Assembly: GCA_963728095.1 (NCBI GenBank)
Contig: CAVSIO010000002.1
Coordinates: 405,338 to 469,337, forward strand
DNA: 64,000 nucleotides
Source of the DNA: an uncultured Thermoleophilia bacterium
Lineage (GTDB): Bacteria; Actinomycetota; Thermoleophilia; Gaiellales; Gaiellaceae
Direction: 5' to 3'
A program made the position numbers and the translations under genes. The notes beneath the pieces are model-generated. The model ran no database searches. It had not been told where the DNA came from and saw only the letters and a program-made list of their open reading frames with translations. Positions 60,368-64,000 of this stretch are shown here, in pieces. Numbering within the stretch: position 1 is the first letter of the stretch; every line of letters begins with the position of its first letter.

Positions 60368-60751
60368 ATGCGGGCCATGGCGCTCGAGCGGCCGCAGATC
60401 GACAAGCCCGAGGGGGACATCCCGTTCGAGCTCGGCGTCGAGGACATCGTCGCCGGCGACGGGGACGAGGCGACCGCCGGCACGAAGGTGACCGTCCACT
60501 ACGTCGGCGTCGCGTTCCGCTCCGGCGAGGAGTTCGACGCGTCGTGGAACCGCGGGGAGCCGTTCCAGTTCAAGCTCGGCAAGGGCCAGGTGATCCCCGG
60601 CTGGGACGCGGGCGTCCAGGGAATGCGGGTCGGCGGCCGGCGGAAGCTGACGATCCCGTCCGCGATGGGCTACGGCGCGCGCGGCGCCGGCGGCGTGATC
60701 GCGCCGCACGAGCCGCTCGTGTTCGTGGTCGACCTGCTGTCCGTGGACTAG
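60368..60751 (+). CDS. FKBP-type peptidyl-prolyl cis-trans isomerase, intact
   Basis: VTVHYVGVAFRSGEEFDASWNRGEPFQFKLGKGQVIPGWDAGVQGMRVGGRRKLTIPSAMGYG. Alternative ATG at 60377. Confidence 0.9.
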   Translation: MRAMALERPQIDKPEGDIPFELGVEDIVAGDGDEATAGTKVTVHYVGVAFRSGEEFDASWNRGEPFQFKLGKGQVIPGWDAGVQGMRVGGRRKLTIPSAMGYGARGAGGVIAPHEPLVFVVDLLSVD

Positions 60752-60755
60752 CCGG

Positions 60756-61586
60756 CTAGCGCTGCATCGCCTCCTCGATCGCGCGGCCGACGAGCACGCG
60801 CGCGAGGTGGCGCCGGAAGTCGGCGCTCGCGTGCGTGTCGCCCGACGGCTCCGTCCCCTCGGCCGCGACCGCCGACGCGTCCCCGCCGGCGTTCCAGGCG
60901 GCCTCGGCGGCGGACGGCGCGCAGCGGCGTCCCGCCCATGTTCACGAGGCCGATCGCCGCGTCGGAGACGCCGCCGTTCGTCCGCTTCGCGACCGCCGCG
61001 ACGCCCACGGTCGCCCAGTCCTGGGCCCGCCGGTGGAACTTGAGGTAGCTCCACACGTGGTCGCCGCTCAGCTTCGGGACACGCACCTCGGTCACGATCT
61101 CGTGCGGGCCGGCGGCGGTCTGGAAGACGCCGGTGAAGAAGTCGGCGGCGGCGACCGTGCGGCGGCCGTCCGGGCCGGCGACGTCCACCTCGCCGCCGAG
61201 CGCGAGCAGCACCGCCGGCAGGTCGGAGGCCGGGTCGCCGTGCGCGAGCGAGCCGCCGATCGTGCCGCGGTGCCTGACCTGCGGGTCGCCGATCAGGCCC
61301 GCCACGTACGAGACGAGCGGGTTGTGCTCCTGGAGGAGCGGCGCGGTCGCCACGTCGTGGTGGCGCGTGAGCGCCCCGATCGCGATCGCGTCGCCGGCGT
61401 CGCGGACGTACGACAGCTCCGCGAGCCGCCCCACGTCGACGAGCAGCGAGGGCCGGACGGCCCGCAGCCGCAGCAGCGGCAGCAGCGAGTGGCCGCCCGC
61501 GAGCAGCTTCGCCTCCTCCCGCTCGCCGAGCAGCGAGACGGCGTGCTCCGCGGACTCGGCGACCTCGTAGTCGAACGGCGCCGGGA

Positions 61587-61590
<4 letters not shown>
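60756..61590 (-). CDS. Molybdo-flavoenzyme FAD-binding medium subunit (CoxM-like), one frame break near 60900
   Basis: ATG at 61590. MIPAPFDYEVAESAEHAVSLLGE...KLLAGGHSLLPLLRLR...RHRGTIGGSLAHGDPASD. Confidence 0.85.
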
Positions 61591-63940
<2,350 letters not shown>

Positions 63941-63944
<4 letters not shown>

Positions 63945-64000
63945 CGGGCCACCGCCTCGATCGCCTCGACGATGTTCTGGTAGCCGGTGCAGCGGCAGAG
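63941..64000 (-). CDS. [2Fe-2S] small subunit (CoxS-like), C-terminal 19 codons only; continues beyond the right edge
   Basis: The reverse complement reads ...LCRCTGYQNIVEAIEAVAR-stop. The stop overlaps the large-subunit ATG (ATGA). Confidence 0.75.

Overview
High-GC (over 70 % by eye) chromosomal segment with actinobacterial-type synteny: pdxS-x-pdxT-yebC-ruvC-ruvA-ruvB, rel, recJ, mscL, msrA. I can support about 60 protein genes, one tRNA-Met(CAU) and one tmRNA (ssrA). I saw no rRNA and no CRISPR array. Most of the window is ordinary housekeeping, transport and signalling: two PAS histidine kinases, a GGDEF protein, a gamma-glutamylation catabolic operon, a Usp/P-type ATPase pair, and a form-II coxS-L-M locus at the right edge. 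Major caveat: roughly half of the genes, including housekeeping ones, are split between reading frames by +/-1 nt breaks, and these occur in patches. I read them as sequence indel errors rather than real pseudogenes, so frame-broken genes are reported as single features with approximate ends. Accessory or unusual parts are listed here. (1) An IS200/RAYT-like Y1 transposase flanked by two copies of a double-hairpin REP-like repeat (3169-3849). (2) A ~2.1 kb lower-GC islet next to tRNA-Met, bounded by a 22/24-nt direct repeat of the tRNA 3' end. It carries hicB-hicA and a secreted protein but no integrase (45222-47430). (3) A lower-GC segment abutting the 3' end of ssrA (57780-59954). It holds an excisionase-family HTH gene behind a near-consensus leaderless promoter, co-oriented with a 193-aa protein of unknown function, plus a convergent unknown 222-aa protein. 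This is my best candidate for an undescribed module. (4) A GGDEF protein with a CxxCxGxG zinc-finger motif and five tandem DxDQxxS heptads. The long ORFs antisense to real genes are treated as GC-driven shadow ORFs.
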